From the NCBI GenBank assembly GCA_965213705.1, contig OZ243913.1:3776001-3840000 (forward strand): DNA of 64,000 nt, given 5' to 3'. The stretch is from Trueperaceae bacterium. GTDB taxonomy: Bacteria > Deinococcota > Deinococci > Deinococcales > Trueperaceae. The translations under genes and the position numbers were made by a program. Below are positions 39,537 through 50,304 of the stretch, in pieces. The notes beneath the pieces were generated by a model, which worked only from the letters and a program-made list of their open reading frames with translations, was not told the origin of the DNA and ran no database searches. Each line of letters opens with the position of its first letter. Position 1 is the first letter of the stretch.

Positions 39537-41816
39537 CTACTTCAACTTGAGCGGTCCAAAGGCGGGCAGCGGCAAGCCGGTGTCGGTGCTCTTGACCACG
39601 TTCTGCAACTGCGGCGTCGGATAAGAAGTGGGTTTGAACGCTGGCGGCATGTAGCGCAAGAAAAGCGGCGACGACGTCGACTTGACGGTGACAAGAATAG
39701 CCGAAGGGTCGCTCGGGTCCCGAGTAATGCTCGTGATGTTCCCGCCTACGCCCGAGTAACTGCTTCCGCCTGCAGACACGTTGAAGTAACCTTCGTAGTC
39801 CGAACTGTCGTTGACGGGTCGGTCGAGGTTGACCTTGATGACGTTGCCGCTCAAGGTGACGCCGCCGGACTCGAGCCGCGGCCCGGTGCCGTCGACGCCC
39901 TGGCCCAAGACGTGCTCCTGGTAAGCCAGCGCGATGCGGTCGCCCAAGATTTTCTGGCCTTCGGCGCTCAGGTGGTTGTGCTCTATCATCGGCAGGTCAT
40001 GCGTGACCACCATGTAAAAGGCGTTGCGGCGGTCGCCGGGGTTGCCGTACTGGGTTTCCATCAAGCGCTGCTTTTCACGAATGTTTTGGTAGTTGACGTT
40101 CTTAAAGCTGTCCGACTCGTTCGGGGCGATGAGCCGCCGTGCGATTTGGGCGTAGATGATGGGCGGGTCGTTCAGTTCGCTTTGAAACGCGTCCATAACC
40201 GCGTTCGTGTCCCGGATAAAGCCGCTGACGTTGCCCTGTTCGCTCTCACCCTGGTACCAGATGATGCCGGTGACGGGGCCGCCTTCGGCGTCGGTCGAAT
40301 TCGTCACCGGGTTCGGCACCGTCCCGGCCGAGACCTGCGCGCGGTAGTTGGCGCTGCCGAACAAAGTAGAGCGGTTCAAGCGGTCGCTCGTGGGTTGCCA
40401 GATTCCATCACGACACCTATCGGGGTTTTTAGGGTCATAAGGTTGAACACAGCTGCCGCCCTTAGCGCTCTGGATAAGAAAAACGTCTTTGCCGGTAACG
40501 TTGTGCAAGTTTTTACCGAGCCGCACCCCGAACGAGTGGCCCGCGCCGAAGGTGAAGTTGGGGTCCGTGTCTCTACTCACCTCGTCCACCTGGTTGAGGT
40601 TGCTGTCGGTGGGCTCGCTGGCTTGCTTCCAAACGTAGTCGTTGCCGAGCATTCGCACCTCGGGAATGCCGGGTTCGACGTTGTTTAGCTCACCGCGGCT
40701 CGAGGCGTTCGACTGCCCGGCGATGAGCAGGGTGATGTCGCCGGTGGGGAGTGGGACCTGTTTGACCGTGACGGTCTCGCTGTCGCTGTTCGTACCCGAC
40801 ACGTTCGCCGCCCCGTAGTCGTTGGTCGCGGTGAGGGTGTAGGTGGTCGTCTGGGCGGGGGTGACGCTGACACTGTCGTTCAAACCCTTGCCCGACACGT
40901 CGACGTTGTTCATTTTCAAGCTGATGGGCTCGGTGCCGCCGACGCTCCAGGACAGGGTCGAACTGCCGTTGGTTGAAATTTGAGCCGGGCTCGCGCTCAG
41001 GCTGACGGTAGGTGCTTGGCCGACTTTCACCGTTACCGTCTTAGGGGTGGCGTCGCCGTCCGCGTTGGTCGCGGTGAGGGTGTAGGTCGTCGTGGTGGTC
41101 GGCCTCACGACAGCCGAGGTGCCCGTGACGGTTTGCCCGTTGAGCATGACGGTGGGTGCAGGGTCGCCCACCACGCTCCACGACAGTGTGACGGCGGCCC
41201 CGGCAGTGACGGTCGTGTCGTCCGCCTCGAAAGTGCTGATAAAGGGTTTGTTTCCGACGGTAACGGTAGCCTCGTCGCTCGTCTCGCCGTCGGCGTTTTT
41301 AGCCGTAAGTGTAAAGACAGCACTCTGCGTCAAGTTGCCGACGATAAAGCTGTTTCTACCTGAAACGTCCAAGTTGTCCGCGCCCGTGGCGACGTCGGGC
41401 AGGCCGTCGTCAAGAAGGAGGGTGACGTCGCCTTCACCTACAACCTGCCACGCGAGTTCGACCTGTCCCCCACTTTCAGGCAGCTCGGGGGGCGTCGCCG
41501 TGAAGCTCTGAATGGCGAGTTGGGTGACAACCACAACTTCGACTGTTTTGGTTTCACTTTGAGTGCCCTTGGTCGCCGTGAGCGTGTAAAAGGTTGTTCG
41601 TTGGGGCTTCACCACCAGTTTGTTTTGCCCGGTAACGTCCCCCCCCGGCGTCAGGGTGAGGGTGCCGGGGTTACCCACGCTCCAGGAAAGTGTGACCGCG
41701 GTACCCGGCGCGACCGTGGTATCGGAAGCGTTGAAGGAGGTGATAAGCGGACCCTGAACACACGCTGCCAGGGCTAGAACGAAAGTCAGGGCCGTCGAAA
41801 GCTTGAATAACCGCAT
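39537..41816 (-). CDS. Lipoprotein with Thr-rich Ig-like repeats and SASA/CE6-type carbohydrate acetylesterase domain
   Basis: Lipobox LALAAC; repeated TLSWSV...TTYTLTATN; AGQSNA, WYQGESE, HLSAEGQ. Confidence 0.85.
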   Translation of the reverse strand: MRLFKLSTALTFVLALAACVQGPLITSFNASDTTVAPGTAVTLSWSVGNPGTLTLTPGGDVTGQNKLVVKPQRTTFYTLTATKGTQSETKTVEVVVVTQLAIQSFTATPPELPESGGQVELAWQVVGEGDVTLLLDDGLPDVATGADNLDVSGRNSFIVGNLTQSAVFTLTAKNADGETSDEATVTVGNKPFISTFEADDTTVTAGAAVTLSWSVVGDPAPTVMLNGQTVTGTSAVVRPTTTTTYTLTATNADGDATPKTVTVKVGQAPTVSLSASPAQISTNGSSTLSWSVGGTEPISLKMNNVDVSGKGLNDSVSVTPAQTTTYTLTATNDYGAANVSGTNSDSETVTVKQVPLPTGDITLLIAGQSNASSRGELNNVEPGIPEVRMLGNDYVWKQASEPTDSNLNQVDEVSRDTDPNFTFGAGHSFGVRLGKNLHNVTGKDVFLIQSAKGGSCVQPYDPKNPDRCRDGIWQPTSDRLNRSTLFGSANYRAQVSAGTVPNPVTNSTDAEGGPVTGIIWYQGESEQGNVSGFIRDTNAVMDAFQSELNDPPIIYAQIARRLIAPNESDSFKNVNYQNIREKQRLMETQYGNPGDRRNAFYMVVTHDLPMIEHNHLSAEGQKILGDRIALAYQEHVLGQGVDGTGPRLESGGVTLSGNVIKVNLDRPVNDSSDYEGYFNVSAGGSSYSGVGGNITSITRDPSDPSAILVTVKSTSSPLFLRYMPPAFKPTSYPTPQLQNVVKSTDTGLPLPAFGPLKLK

Positions 41817-42069
41817 CTTTCACCTCGTTGCGCACCGCGGGGTGCCGGTAGATTGGGAATTGAACGTTTTACACGAGCGCCGGCCGAGGCGGACGCTCTG
41901 AAGGTCGTCAAAAGTATGGCACAGCTGGGGCGCGCAGCTCGGTCAAGTATCACACAGGAGGCAATTTAGGGTCCGACTCTCGGCCCTTGCCCTGGGCTGA
42001 AGCGTTCAACCACGACACGCTCGAGAAGCCGCGGTGAGGCTTACCCAGCCTCAAACACCCGCTCAAAAC

Positions 42070-43875
42070 TCAGCCGACGGCGACCGGTTCCACCTGGGCG
42101 ATGGCCCGGAACTGCGGGCTCGAGGCTATCAACTCGTCGTAGCTGCCTTTGGCGGCCACGCGGCCGTGGTCGAGCAGGTAAATCGTGTCGCAGTTGCGCA
42201 CGGTGCTTATCCGGTGCGCGATCATGATGACGGTTTTGGACTTGCCGATGTTGTCCACGGCCTTGAAAATGTTCTCTTCGGTGACGCCGTCGAGCGCGCT
42301 GGTCGCCTCGTCCAGGATGAGCACTTCCGGGTTGTGGTACAGGGCGCGGGCAATGCCGAGCCGCTGCCGCTGCCCGCCCGACAAACGCACGCCGCGCTCC
42401 CCGACGGCCGTGTCGTAGCCTTGGGGTAGGTCGCTGACGATAAAGTCGTGGATGTTGGCGAGTTTGGCGGCCTGTTCGACCGCCGCGCGGTCGACTTTGG
42501 TGTGGTGGACCCCGAAAGCGATGTTGCGCGCTATGGTGTCGTCGTTGAGGTAGATAACTTGCGGAACGTAACCCAAGTTTTTCATCCAGTTGGGCGTGTT
42601 TTCAGGCGTGACCGGTACACCGTCGACGACGAGGCTACCTTTTTCCGGAGAGAGCAGGCCCAACAGCAAGTCGACGGTCGTCGTTTTGCCCGAGCCGGTC
42701 GAGCCCACAAAGGCAACCGAGGTGTTGGCGCGAATGTTGATGTCGAAGTCTTCCAGCACGGGCTGTTCCATGTCGGGATAAGTGAAAGTCACGTTTTTAA
42801 GCTCGAGCCTGTCCCTAAAAGGCAGCGTGGGCAGCGTGTCGCGGTCGACCATTTCAGGCACGCTCGAGGACTGTATGTCTTGGTAAACCGTGTTGAGCGA
42901 AGCCTCGTTCGAGCGAATCGAGGTGATGGCCGAAAAGATGTTTTGCAACGCGGGCATCAGCCGGTAAATCGCAAACACGTAGACGGTCAGGGTCGGCAAA
43001 ATGCTCGTCACGTCCTGCCCTTGCGACAGCAGGTAAACGACCATCAGCAAAACGCCGCCGAAGGCCAAAGCCTCGAGGCCGTAGCTCGGCAACTGGGCGA
43101 TGACCTGGTTGGCCGCCGTGACGTGGGCGTACTTGCGCGACGGTTTTGAGTAACGCCGCACGAAAATCGGCTCTTTGCCGAGCAACTTCACCTCTTTGAC
43201 GCCCGCCAAGGCCTCTAAAACGCTGTGAAAGCGCTCGCGGTTCGCTTTGACTTTCGCCTCGCCGTAAGCCGAGAGCTTGCGCCTCACGAAGTAAAAAATG
43301 ATGCCGTAAGCTCCGCCGATGAGCCCGAACATGATGAGGGCTAACAGGGGGTTGATGACGACGAGCGCGAGCAGCACGAAGGTCGCTACCACGCTCCTGG
43401 AGATGAGGTTCATCGCCGGGACGAGCACCTGACGCACCGTGTCGCTGACTTCGGACAGGATGTTTTTGCCGAGGTCGGCGGTGTTGCGGTTTAAGTAGAA
43501 GCTGTAAGGCTTGTACAGGTAGTTGATGAGGGTGCGCTCGGACAACGAATGGTACGTGTCCCACGAAAATTTGTAGATCAACCAAGTCGTGTAGGCCGTA
43601 AACATGTTGGTGAACAAGATAACCAGTAACGCCCCGATACCCGAAGCAATCAGAAAGCTGGTGGGGTTGGCGAAGCCGAAGGTGGTGTAGGCCCAACTGA
43701 GGTACCTGTTGGTCGTTATCGTGTTGGGGTTGGCGACGAGGGCCATGAAAGGGGCGACCGAGGCGATGCCCACGACCTGCAACAAGGCCATCAAGGTGAT
43801 GACGGGCAGGACCCAAACGACCTGCCGCCGCTCTTTTTTAGACAGCAGGGCGTAGATTTTGCGAAACGTGTTCAT
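42070..43875 (-). CDS. ABC exporter (fused TMD-NBD), PglK/HetA-like glycan flippase
   Basis: GSTGSGKTT, LSGGQRQRLGIARA, LDEATSALD; glycan-locus context. Confidence 0.88.
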   Translation of the reverse strand: MNTFRKIYALLSKKERRQVVWVLPVITLMALLQVVGIASVAPFMALVANPNTITTNRYLSWAYTTFGFANPTSFLIASGIGALLVILFTNMFTAYTTWLIYKFSWDTYHSLSERTLINYLYKPYSFYLNRNTADLGKNILSEVSDTVRQVLVPAMNLISRSVVATFVLLALVVINPLLALIMFGLIGGAYGIIFYFVRRKLSAYGEAKVKANRERFHSVLEALAGVKEVKLLGKEPIFVRRYSKPSRKYAHVTAANQVIAQLPSYGLEALAFGGVLLMVVYLLSQGQDVTSILPTLTVYVFAIYRLMPALQNIFSAITSIRSNEASLNTVYQDIQSSSVPEMVDRDTLPTLPFRDRLELKNVTFTYPDMEQPVLEDFDINIRANTSVAFVGSTGSGKTTTVDLLLGLLSPEKGSLVVDGVPVTPENTPNWMKNLGYVPQVIYLNDDTIARNIAFGVHHTKVDRAAVEQAAKLANIHDFIVSDLPQGYDTAVGERGVRLSGGQRQRLGIARALYHNPEVLILDEATSALDGVTEENIFKAVDNIGKSKTVIMIAHRISTVRNCDTIYLLDHGRVAAKGSYDELIASSPQFRAIAQVEPVAVG

Positions 43876-44301
43876 GGGCAAAACTTCATGAGTGAAAAGA
43901 CTTTCTTTCGGGGGAGAGCCGACGTTACCGGCTTTAGGGGGCGCATCACGCCCCAACTATAGCGCTTTGAGGCGGCGTTTGCTGTGATAGATACGATACC
44001 CCCTTTTGCAGCGTGTTTGTGACGCATGCGGCCCACGTCTGCGCGTTTGCGTGTACAGTCGGTTTTGTGAGCTAAACGGAAACTTTGGACACGACGAACT
44101 GTAGCTTTTGCAACTGCCGTACCCCGGCACGCTACGCACGGTGCAAAGTCGGTACGGGATAGAGTCTGTTCAAAAAACGGTGTGAACCGCCGTTTGAAAT
44201 CTATTGGCGATTGGGGCTGGTCCGGACTTCAATTTTACCGGCTGACCGACTTCGAACTGGAACTGAACACTCTAAATACTCAGAGCCTAGAGGGAAACGT
44301 T

Positions 44302-45156
44302 ATGAATTTAATCAAAAAACCCGCTCGCCTGGTTTTGAACCGTTTCGGTTTGGACGTTGTTCCTAGAAGAGCCGTCGCCGAGCCCGCGCCCCTTACCCCG
44401 CTCGAGCACCCTTTCGACGCCCACTACCAACACGGCGACGTCGCTTTCGAGGTGCCTCTTGCAAAGTGCATGTACCCTTACCACTTCTCTTACGACCCGG
44501 CGGGCTGGCACCCGTTTGTTCAAACCCTGAAGCAGTACGCGGCGAATCCCGGACTAAGTTACCGGGACTCCGTTCTCTACGAGTTTTACCAAAAGTACCA
44601 GCCGGAAAACGTCCTGGAGGCTTTTCTCGTCACCCCCGAAGCGCAAAGCATGTTTGCCGACAGCGAACTGGCAAACGTCAAAATTCCCCCTTTTCAACCT
44701 TTTTTCCCGTGGGACCCGCGCTCGTCCAAAACCGTCGCCGAAAAAGGCCTCGACGCGGCGCAAGGCAACCAGGGTTACGGGCCGGTGTCGGACGCCAAGG
44801 GCAGTTTGGAACTAGAGCGTCTGACCCACACCTACAAGTCAATCGAAACGCACGGTTTCAGGACCGGCCGGGGTCACGACGGCGACATCCGCGGTTACTT
44901 TCTCAAAACGGACGACGACTACCGTTTCGTGATTCGCCAGGGCCTGCACCGCACCGCCGTGCTCGCCGCCATGAACTTTGAAAAAGTCCGGGTGAGGTTT
45001 TACCTGCCCTACCCCAGGACCGTCTTTTTGTGCAACCTGGACGGCTGGCCCCAGGTCAGGACAGGCGTGACGTCCCCGGCCCTCGCCGAGCGCATTTTTA
45101 CGCTTTTTTTCGAGGACGACGGGCGCACCAAAGCCACCCAGCTCGGTCTTTTGTAA
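44302..45156 (+). CDS. Hypothetical protein with C-terminal ParB/sulfiredoxin-like motif
   Basis: YKSIETHGF...YRFVIRQGLHRTAVLAAM...VRV; GAGGG RBS before ATG 44302. Confidence 0.65.
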   Translation: MNLIKKPARLVLNRFGLDVVPRRAVAEPAPLTPLEHPFDAHYQHGDVAFEVPLAKCMYPYHFSYDPAGWHPFVQTLKQYAANPGLSYRDSVLYEFYQKYQPENVLEAFLVTPEAQSMFADSELANVKIPPFQPFFPWDPRSSKTVAEKGLDAAQGNQGYGPVSDAKGSLELERLTHTYKSIETHGFRTGRGHDGDIRGYFLKTDDDYRFVIRQGLHRTAVLAAMNFEKVRVRFYLPYPRTVFLCNLDGWPQVRTGVTSPALAERIFTLFFEDDGRTKATQLGLL

Positions 45157-45500
45157 GAGCACGACCCGCCCCAAAGTTAAGAGCCCGACCCCGACCCAAC
45201 CAGTTTGTGAAAAACCTTATACACTTATTTCGGGCTAATCGTCATGATGCAAGATAAGTGTGCGGTCCAGGGAGGGAGGAGTTCAGCAACGTGCTTTACG
45301 TGGTTTGAAGAGTCGGCAACCATGCCACCGCACCGCGCCACGCTACCGCACTACAGAGTCAGCTCGGAAACTACCCGTTCGACCCAGGCTAAAGCCTTAA
45401 AATTCTGGCGGAAGGGGGTCAGAAAAAGAGCAGAGCGACATTTCGACGCACATTCAGCACCAAAACCCGACGTTCATTTCACCTGTGAGGGAAACCCTGC

Positions 45501-47063
45501 ATGAAACTAAAACAAAGTCTGTTAATCCTTAGCTTAGTCGTCATGGGCGTGCTCTTTGCCGCCTGCGGTGGCCCCGCCACCGACACGATGGTCAGATTGA
45601 CCGTCAACAAAGCCGGAGACGGCAACGGCACGGTCACGAGCGCCCCCGCGGGCATCAATCTCGCTGCGGATGGCACCACCGCCAATGCACAGTTCAACTC
45701 GGGCACCACAGTCACCCTGACGGCCACTCCCGCCGACGGCTCCACTTTTGCCGGCTTTACCGGCTGCACCGCCGGCACCGGGGCCGAAGCCAACAGCTGT
45801 ATCGTCACGCTGAACGCCGCCACGACGGTGACGGCCACTTTCAACGAGCGAGACGGCGGGGGCGGTCCTAACCCTGTAGTCAACAGCGTAACCGTTACCC
45901 CGAGCACCCTGCCGCTTCAAGTCGGGACAACCGGACAACTCACCGCTAACGTTGACGCGACGGGCGGCGCTGCGCCGACCGTCACTTGGGCAAGCGACGC
46001 TCCCGCCATCGCTGATGTTGACCAAAACGGTGTGGTTACGGCTAAAGCCGAAGGTACCGCCACCATCACCGCGACCAGCACTGCCGACGCCACCAAGTCT
46101 GGCAGCGCGACCGTGACCGTGACGACTCAGCCGCCCCCCGCGGGCGTCACTAGCGTCACCATCGACAGGGAAACTTTGTCGCTCGGTATCGGTCAAAGCG
46201 AAGACCTCGAGGTCGATGTTGAGACGACGGGCGGTGCCGACGAGAGCGTCACTTGGGCAAGCGACAACGAAGCCGTCGCCACCGTCAACCAAGACGGCCT
46301 GGTCACCGGCGCTACCGTGGGACAAGCTACCATCACCGCCACCAGCGTTGCCGACCCCAGCAAGTCCGACACGGTTCAAGTGACCGTCAGCAGCGGCACG
46401 ACGACACCCGGCCAAGCGACCGCGATGGTCGCCGCCGGTACCGACGACGCCGAAGAGTATGTCAACGCCTTTACAAGTGGGGGCAGTTCCTTTGCAGTGG
46501 GTCAGGTCGAGACCACCAGCAGCGATTTGGAACTCACCTATGAAAATGCCGGTACGGGTACCCAGCAAGTCGTCGGGGTACGCTTTGTCAACTTGAACAT
46601 TCCCGAAAACGCGACCATTACCAACGCTTACATCCAGTTCAGAGCCAAGCCCACTGCCGATGGCAATCAAGCAGGGGACGTTACCCTCACCATCGCGGCT
46701 CAAAACAGCGTCAATCCTCCGACCTTCACCGAGTCAACCGCTGCAGCGCCCAACTCCAACATCTCGGCGAGGGCGAAAACGCAAGCGACCGTTTCGTGGA
46801 CGCCGGCTCCTTGGACTCCGAGAGGGGCAGGAAGCCAAACGGATCTTGCAGCCGAACAAACCCCTAACCTCTCTACGATCGTTCAGGAACTCGTCGGTGA
46901 CGCGGCCTGGGACCCGGCCAACAACGCGATAGCTTTCATCATTACCGGCACCGGCACCAACCTCCGCCGTGCTCAATCGTATGAGGGCGCTACTGGTGGT
47001 AGCAGTCCCAACCCTACAGCAATCCCCGAACTCGTCGTCGATTACACGACACCCAACCCCTAA
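45501..47063 (+). CDS. Surface lipoprotein: InlB-B/Flg_new-like repeat, two Big_2 Ig domains, C-terminal beta domain
   Basis: Lipobox LFAAC; GTVTSAPAGI..VTLTATP..FAGF; VTWASD..ATV..GVVT..GTATITAT x2; DDAEE...ITNAYIQF. Confidence 0.82.
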   Translation: MKLKQSLLILSLVVMGVLFAACGGPATDTMVRLTVNKAGDGNGTVTSAPAGINLAADGTTANAQFNSGTTVTLTATPADGSTFAGFTGCTAGTGAEANSCIVTLNAATTVTATFNERDGGGGPNPVVNSVTVTPSTLPLQVGTTGQLTANVDATGGAAPTVTWASDAPAIADVDQNGVVTAKAEGTATITATSTADATKSGSATVTVTTQPPPAGVTSVTIDRETLSLGIGQSEDLEVDVETTGGADESVTWASDNEAVATVNQDGLVTGATVGQATITATSVADPSKSDTVQVTVSSGTTTPGQATAMVAAGTDDAEEYVNAFTSGGSSFAVGQVETTSSDLELTYENAGTGTQQVVGVRFVNLNIPENATITNAYIQFRAKPTADGNQAGDVTLTIAAQNSVNPPTFTESTAAAPNSNISARAKTQATVSWTPAPWTPRGAGSQTDLAAEQTPNLSTIVQELVGDAAWDPANNAIAFIITGTGTNLRRAQSYEGATGGSSPNPTAIPELVVDYTTPNP

Positions 47064-47080
47064 ACGCCATCGTTCCAGTT

Positions 47081-47109
47081 ACCCCCGGTCCAAAACCGGG
47101 GGTCTTTTT
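47081..47109 (+). terminator. Intrinsic terminator
   Basis: ACCCCCGG/CCGGGGGT stem followed by CTTTTT. Confidence 0.75.
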
Positions 47110-47205
47110 ATGGGCATTTATCACTGCACTCAGCGCTCAAAAGGAGCATACTTTTTCTGTTATGACGACTTATTTCAATCAGGTTCACGTTGAGCAGGGA
47201 CACGC

Positions 47206-47985
47206 ATGAAAGCCGTCATCTTTGCAGGCGGGTTGGGCACGCGGCTCTCGGAAGAAACGGCTATCAAACCCAAACCGATGGTTGAGGTCGGCGGCAAACC
47301 CATCATGTGGCACATCATGAAGATCTACTCGTCGCACGGCGTAAACGAGTTTGTGGTGTGTTGCGGCTACAAGGGGCACGTCATCAAGGAGTACTTCGCC
47401 AACTACTTCCTGCACCGCTCGGACATGACCTTCGACCTGAAAAACAACAAGATGCACGTTCACCAGAACGGGGTCGAGCCGTGGACGGTGACGCTCATCG
47501 ACACGGGCGAAAGCACGCTCAAGGGCGGACGGCTGTTGCGCGTCCGCGAGCACATCGGCGACGAGACGTTTTGCCTGACCTACGGCGACGGCGTGAGCGA
47601 CGTGGACGTGAGTTGTTTGGTTGAGTTTCACAAGGCTCAAAACGCGCTCGTCACCCTCACCGCGGTGCAGCCGCCGGGCCGCTTCGGGGCGTTTACGCTG
47701 GGCGACAGCGACACGAAAATTTCGACCTTCAAGGAAAAACCGCAGGGCGGCAGCGCCTGGATAAACGGCGGTTACTTCGTGGTCGAGCCCGAAGCGCTGG
47801 ACTACATAGAAGACGAGAGCGAGCGGATGGACTGGGAAAAAGCGCCCTTGGAAAACATGGCCGAAGAGGGCCGCTTGGCCGCTTACAAACACCACGGCTT
47901 CTGGCACCCGATGGACACGCTCCACGACAAAAACAAGCTCGAGCAGATGTGGGCGTCCGACCAGGCACCCTGGAAAACCTGGTAA
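47206..47985 (+). CDS. rfbF: Glucose-1-phosphate cytidylyltransferase
   Basis: [49 protein letters not shown]. Confidence 0.94.
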   Translation: MKAVIFAGGLGTRLSEETAIKPKPMVEVGGKPIMWHIMKIYSSHGVNEFVVCCGYKGHVIKEYFANYFLHRSDMTFDLKNNKMHVHQNGVEPWTVTLIDTGESTLKGGRLLRVREHIGDETFCLTYGDGVSDVDVSCLVEFHKAQNALVTLTAVQPPGRFGAFTLGDSDTKISTFKEKPQGGSAWINGGYFVVEPEALDYIEDESERMDWEKAPLENMAEEGRLAAYKHHGFWHPMDTLHDKNKLEQMWASDQAPWKTW

Positions 47986-49226
47986 TGTCGTTCATGTACG
48001 ACTACACAGTTATCGGCGGCGGAATAGTCGGGCTCGCCACGGCGGAGGCGCTCACCAAACGTTTCCCCGGCGCGCGCGTCGTGCTGTTCGAAAAAGAGGC
48101 GGGCTTCGCCGCGCACCAGACCGGCAACAACAGCGGCGTCATCCACTCGGGCATCTACTACAAGCCAGGCAGTTTCAAGGCGCGGTTCGCCCGCGAGGGC
48201 AGCCACTCCATCGTCGAGTTTTGTCAAGAGCACGGCCTCGAGTTTGAGGTCTGCGGCAAGGTCATCGTCGCCACCGAGCCGGGCGAGCTGGCGCAGCTCG
48301 AGACCCTTTACCAACGGGGCCTGGAGAACGGTTTAGAGGTCAAAAAACTGGGTGCGGCGGAAGTCAAAGAGTATGAGCCGCACGTCAGCGCGGTCGCTGG
48401 GGTGCATGTGCCCTCGACCGGCATCGTCAACTACAAACAGGTTTGTTTAAAACTCGCCGAACTGGTCAAAGCCCGCGGCGGCGAACTGTTTTTGAACACG
48501 AGCGTCACCGGCATCGTCCACCGCAGCGAAAGTATCGTGGTCGAGACGAGCCGCGGGGCGTTCGAAACAAAGTTCGTGGTGAACTGCGCAGGGCTGCACA
48601 GCGACCGCGTGGCTAAGCTCGAGGGCTCCGACCCCGGCGCAAAAATCGTCCCCTTTCGCGGCGAATACTACGAACTCGTGCCAGAAAAACGTTACCTCGT
48701 CAAAAACCTCATCTACCCAGTGCCGAACCCGGACTTCCCTTTTTTGGGCGTCCACTTCACCCGGATGATCGACGGCAGCGTCCACGCCGGGCCGAACGCG
48801 GTGCTGAGCTTCAAGCGCGAAGGCTACACCAAGACCGACTTTGACGCTCGAGACTTGGCCGAAACCCTGACCTACCCCGGCTTTTGGAAGCTTGCGCTGA
48901 AAAATATGGACGAGGGCGTCAAGGAGATGATTCGCTCGTACAGCAAGGGTGCGTTTGTGAAAAGTTTGCAAAAACTCATCCCCGAGGTGCAGGCGGACGA
49001 CGTTACGCCGACCCATGCGGGCGTGCGCGCCCAGGCTCTCAAGCCCGACGGGGCGCTGGTCGATGATTTTTTAATCGTTGACGGCCGCAACGCGCTGCAC
49101 GTCTGCAACGCGCCCTCCCCGGCAGCCACTTCGTCGTTGGAAATCGGCAAGTACGTGGCGGCTCGAGTTCCCGCCCCCGCCCAAGCCGTTACTCAAACTG
49201 GCACCCAAACCAACGCAAGAGTTTAG
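47985..49226 (+). CDS. lhgO: L-2-hydroxyglutarate oxidase-like FAD oxidoreductase
   Basis: GGGIVG, HQTGNNSGVIHSGIYY, PFRGEYY, FPFLGVHFT, NAPSPAATSSL. Confidence 0.9.
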   Translation: MSFMYDYTVIGGGIVGLATAEALTKRFPGARVVLFEKEAGFAAHQTGNNSGVIHSGIYYKPGSFKARFAREGSHSIVEFCQEHGLEFEVCGKVIVATEPGELAQLETLYQRGLENGLEVKKLGAAEVKEYEPHVSAVAGVHVPSTGIVNYKQVCLKLAELVKARGGELFLNTSVTGIVHRSESIVVETSRGAFETKFVVNCAGLHSDRVAKLEGSDPGAKIVPFRGEYYELVPEKRYLVKNLIYPVPNPDFPFLGVHFTRMIDGSVHAGPNAVLSFKREGYTKTDFDARDLAETLTYPGFWKLALKNMDEGVKEMIRSYSKGAFVKSLQKLIPEVQADDVTPTHAGVRAQALKPDGALVDDFLIVDGRNALHVCNAPSPAATSSLEIGKYVAARVPAPAQAVTQTGTQTNARV

Positions 49227-49236
49227 GAGATTGGTT

Positions 49237-50295
49237 ATGAAAGTTCTTGTCACCGGCACCGAAGGTTATTTGGGCTCGCTCCTAGCGCCTTTACTCCTCA
49301 AAGAAGGTTTCGACGTCCTCGGCGTCGACACCGGCTTTTACAAGGCGGGTTGGCTCTACAACGGCACCGACCGCAGCGCCGAAACCCTCAACAAAGATTT
49401 ACGCAACTTGACCAAAGAGGACTTTGCGGGCGTGGACGCGGTCGTCCACATGGCCGAACTTTCCAACGACCCCATCGGCGCGCTCTCCCCCACCATCACC
49501 TACGACATCAACCACAAGGGCTCGGTCAAAATCGCCCAACTCGCCAAGGCGGCGGGCGTGGAGAGGTTTGTTTACATGTCGTCGTGCAGCGTCTACGGCG
49601 TGGCAACAAGTGAAGACCACGTCGACGAAACCGGTGCGACGAATCCGCAGACCGCCTACGCGATTTGCAAGACCTTGGTCGAGCGCGACTTGCAACCAAT
49701 GGCGGACGACACCTTCTCGCCGACCTTTATGCGCAACGCGACCGCCTTCGGGGCGTCGCCGCGGATGCGCTTCGACATCGTGTTGAACAACCTGGCCGGG
49801 CTCGCCTGGACGACGAAAGAAATCAAGATGATTTCGGACGGCACGCCCTGGCGGCCCCTGGTTCACGCGCTCGACATCGCCAAAGCAATTATCTGCACCT
49901 TGAAAGCGCCCCGCGAAGCGGTTCACAACGAGATTTTCAACGTTGGCGACACTCAGCAGAACTACCAGGTGCGCGAAATCGCCGAAATCGTCGCTCGAGT
50001 TTTTCCGGGTTGCCAACTGAGTTTCGGCGACTTAGAGAGCGACAACCGCAGCTACCGCGTGTCGTTCGACAAAATCAACTCGCAACTGCCCGGCTTCAGC
50101 TGCGAGTGGGACGCCGAGCGCGGCGCGCGGCAACTTTACGAAGTATTCAAGCGCATCGACATGACCCAGGAAACTTTCAACCACCGCGGTTTCACGCGGC
50201 TCAAGCAGCTCGAGTACCTGCTGCGGACCGAACAGATCGACCCGAACTTTTTCTGGAGCGACACCGCCGTACCCGAGTTTGCGGCGATTCATTAG
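49237..50295 (+). CDS. NAD-dependent epimerase/dehydratase (extended SDR)
   Basis: VTGTEGYLG, SSCSVYG, YAICK; AGGAG RBS. Confidence 0.9.
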   Translation: MKVLVTGTEGYLGSLLAPLLLKEGFDVLGVDTGFYKAGWLYNGTDRSAETLNKDLRNLTKEDFAGVDAVVHMAELSNDPIGALSPTITYDINHKGSVKIAQLAKAAGVERFVYMSSCSVYGVATSEDHVDETGATNPQTAYAICKTLVERDLQPMADDTFSPTFMRNATAFGASPRMRFDIVLNNLAGLAWTTKEIKMISDGTPWRPLVHALDIAKAIICTLKAPREAVHNEIFNVGDTQQNYQVREIAEIVARVFPGCQLSFGDLESDNRSYRVSFDKINSQLPGFSCEWDAERGARQLYEVFKRIDMTQETFNHRGFTRLKQLEYLLRTEQIDPNFFWSDTAVPEFAAIH

Positions 50296-50304
50296 GAGGC
50301 AGGT

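Noticed and set aside
44302..45156. True ParB partition protein or plasmid origin
   Set aside because: No HTH, parA, rep gene or iterons; chromosomal housekeeping context
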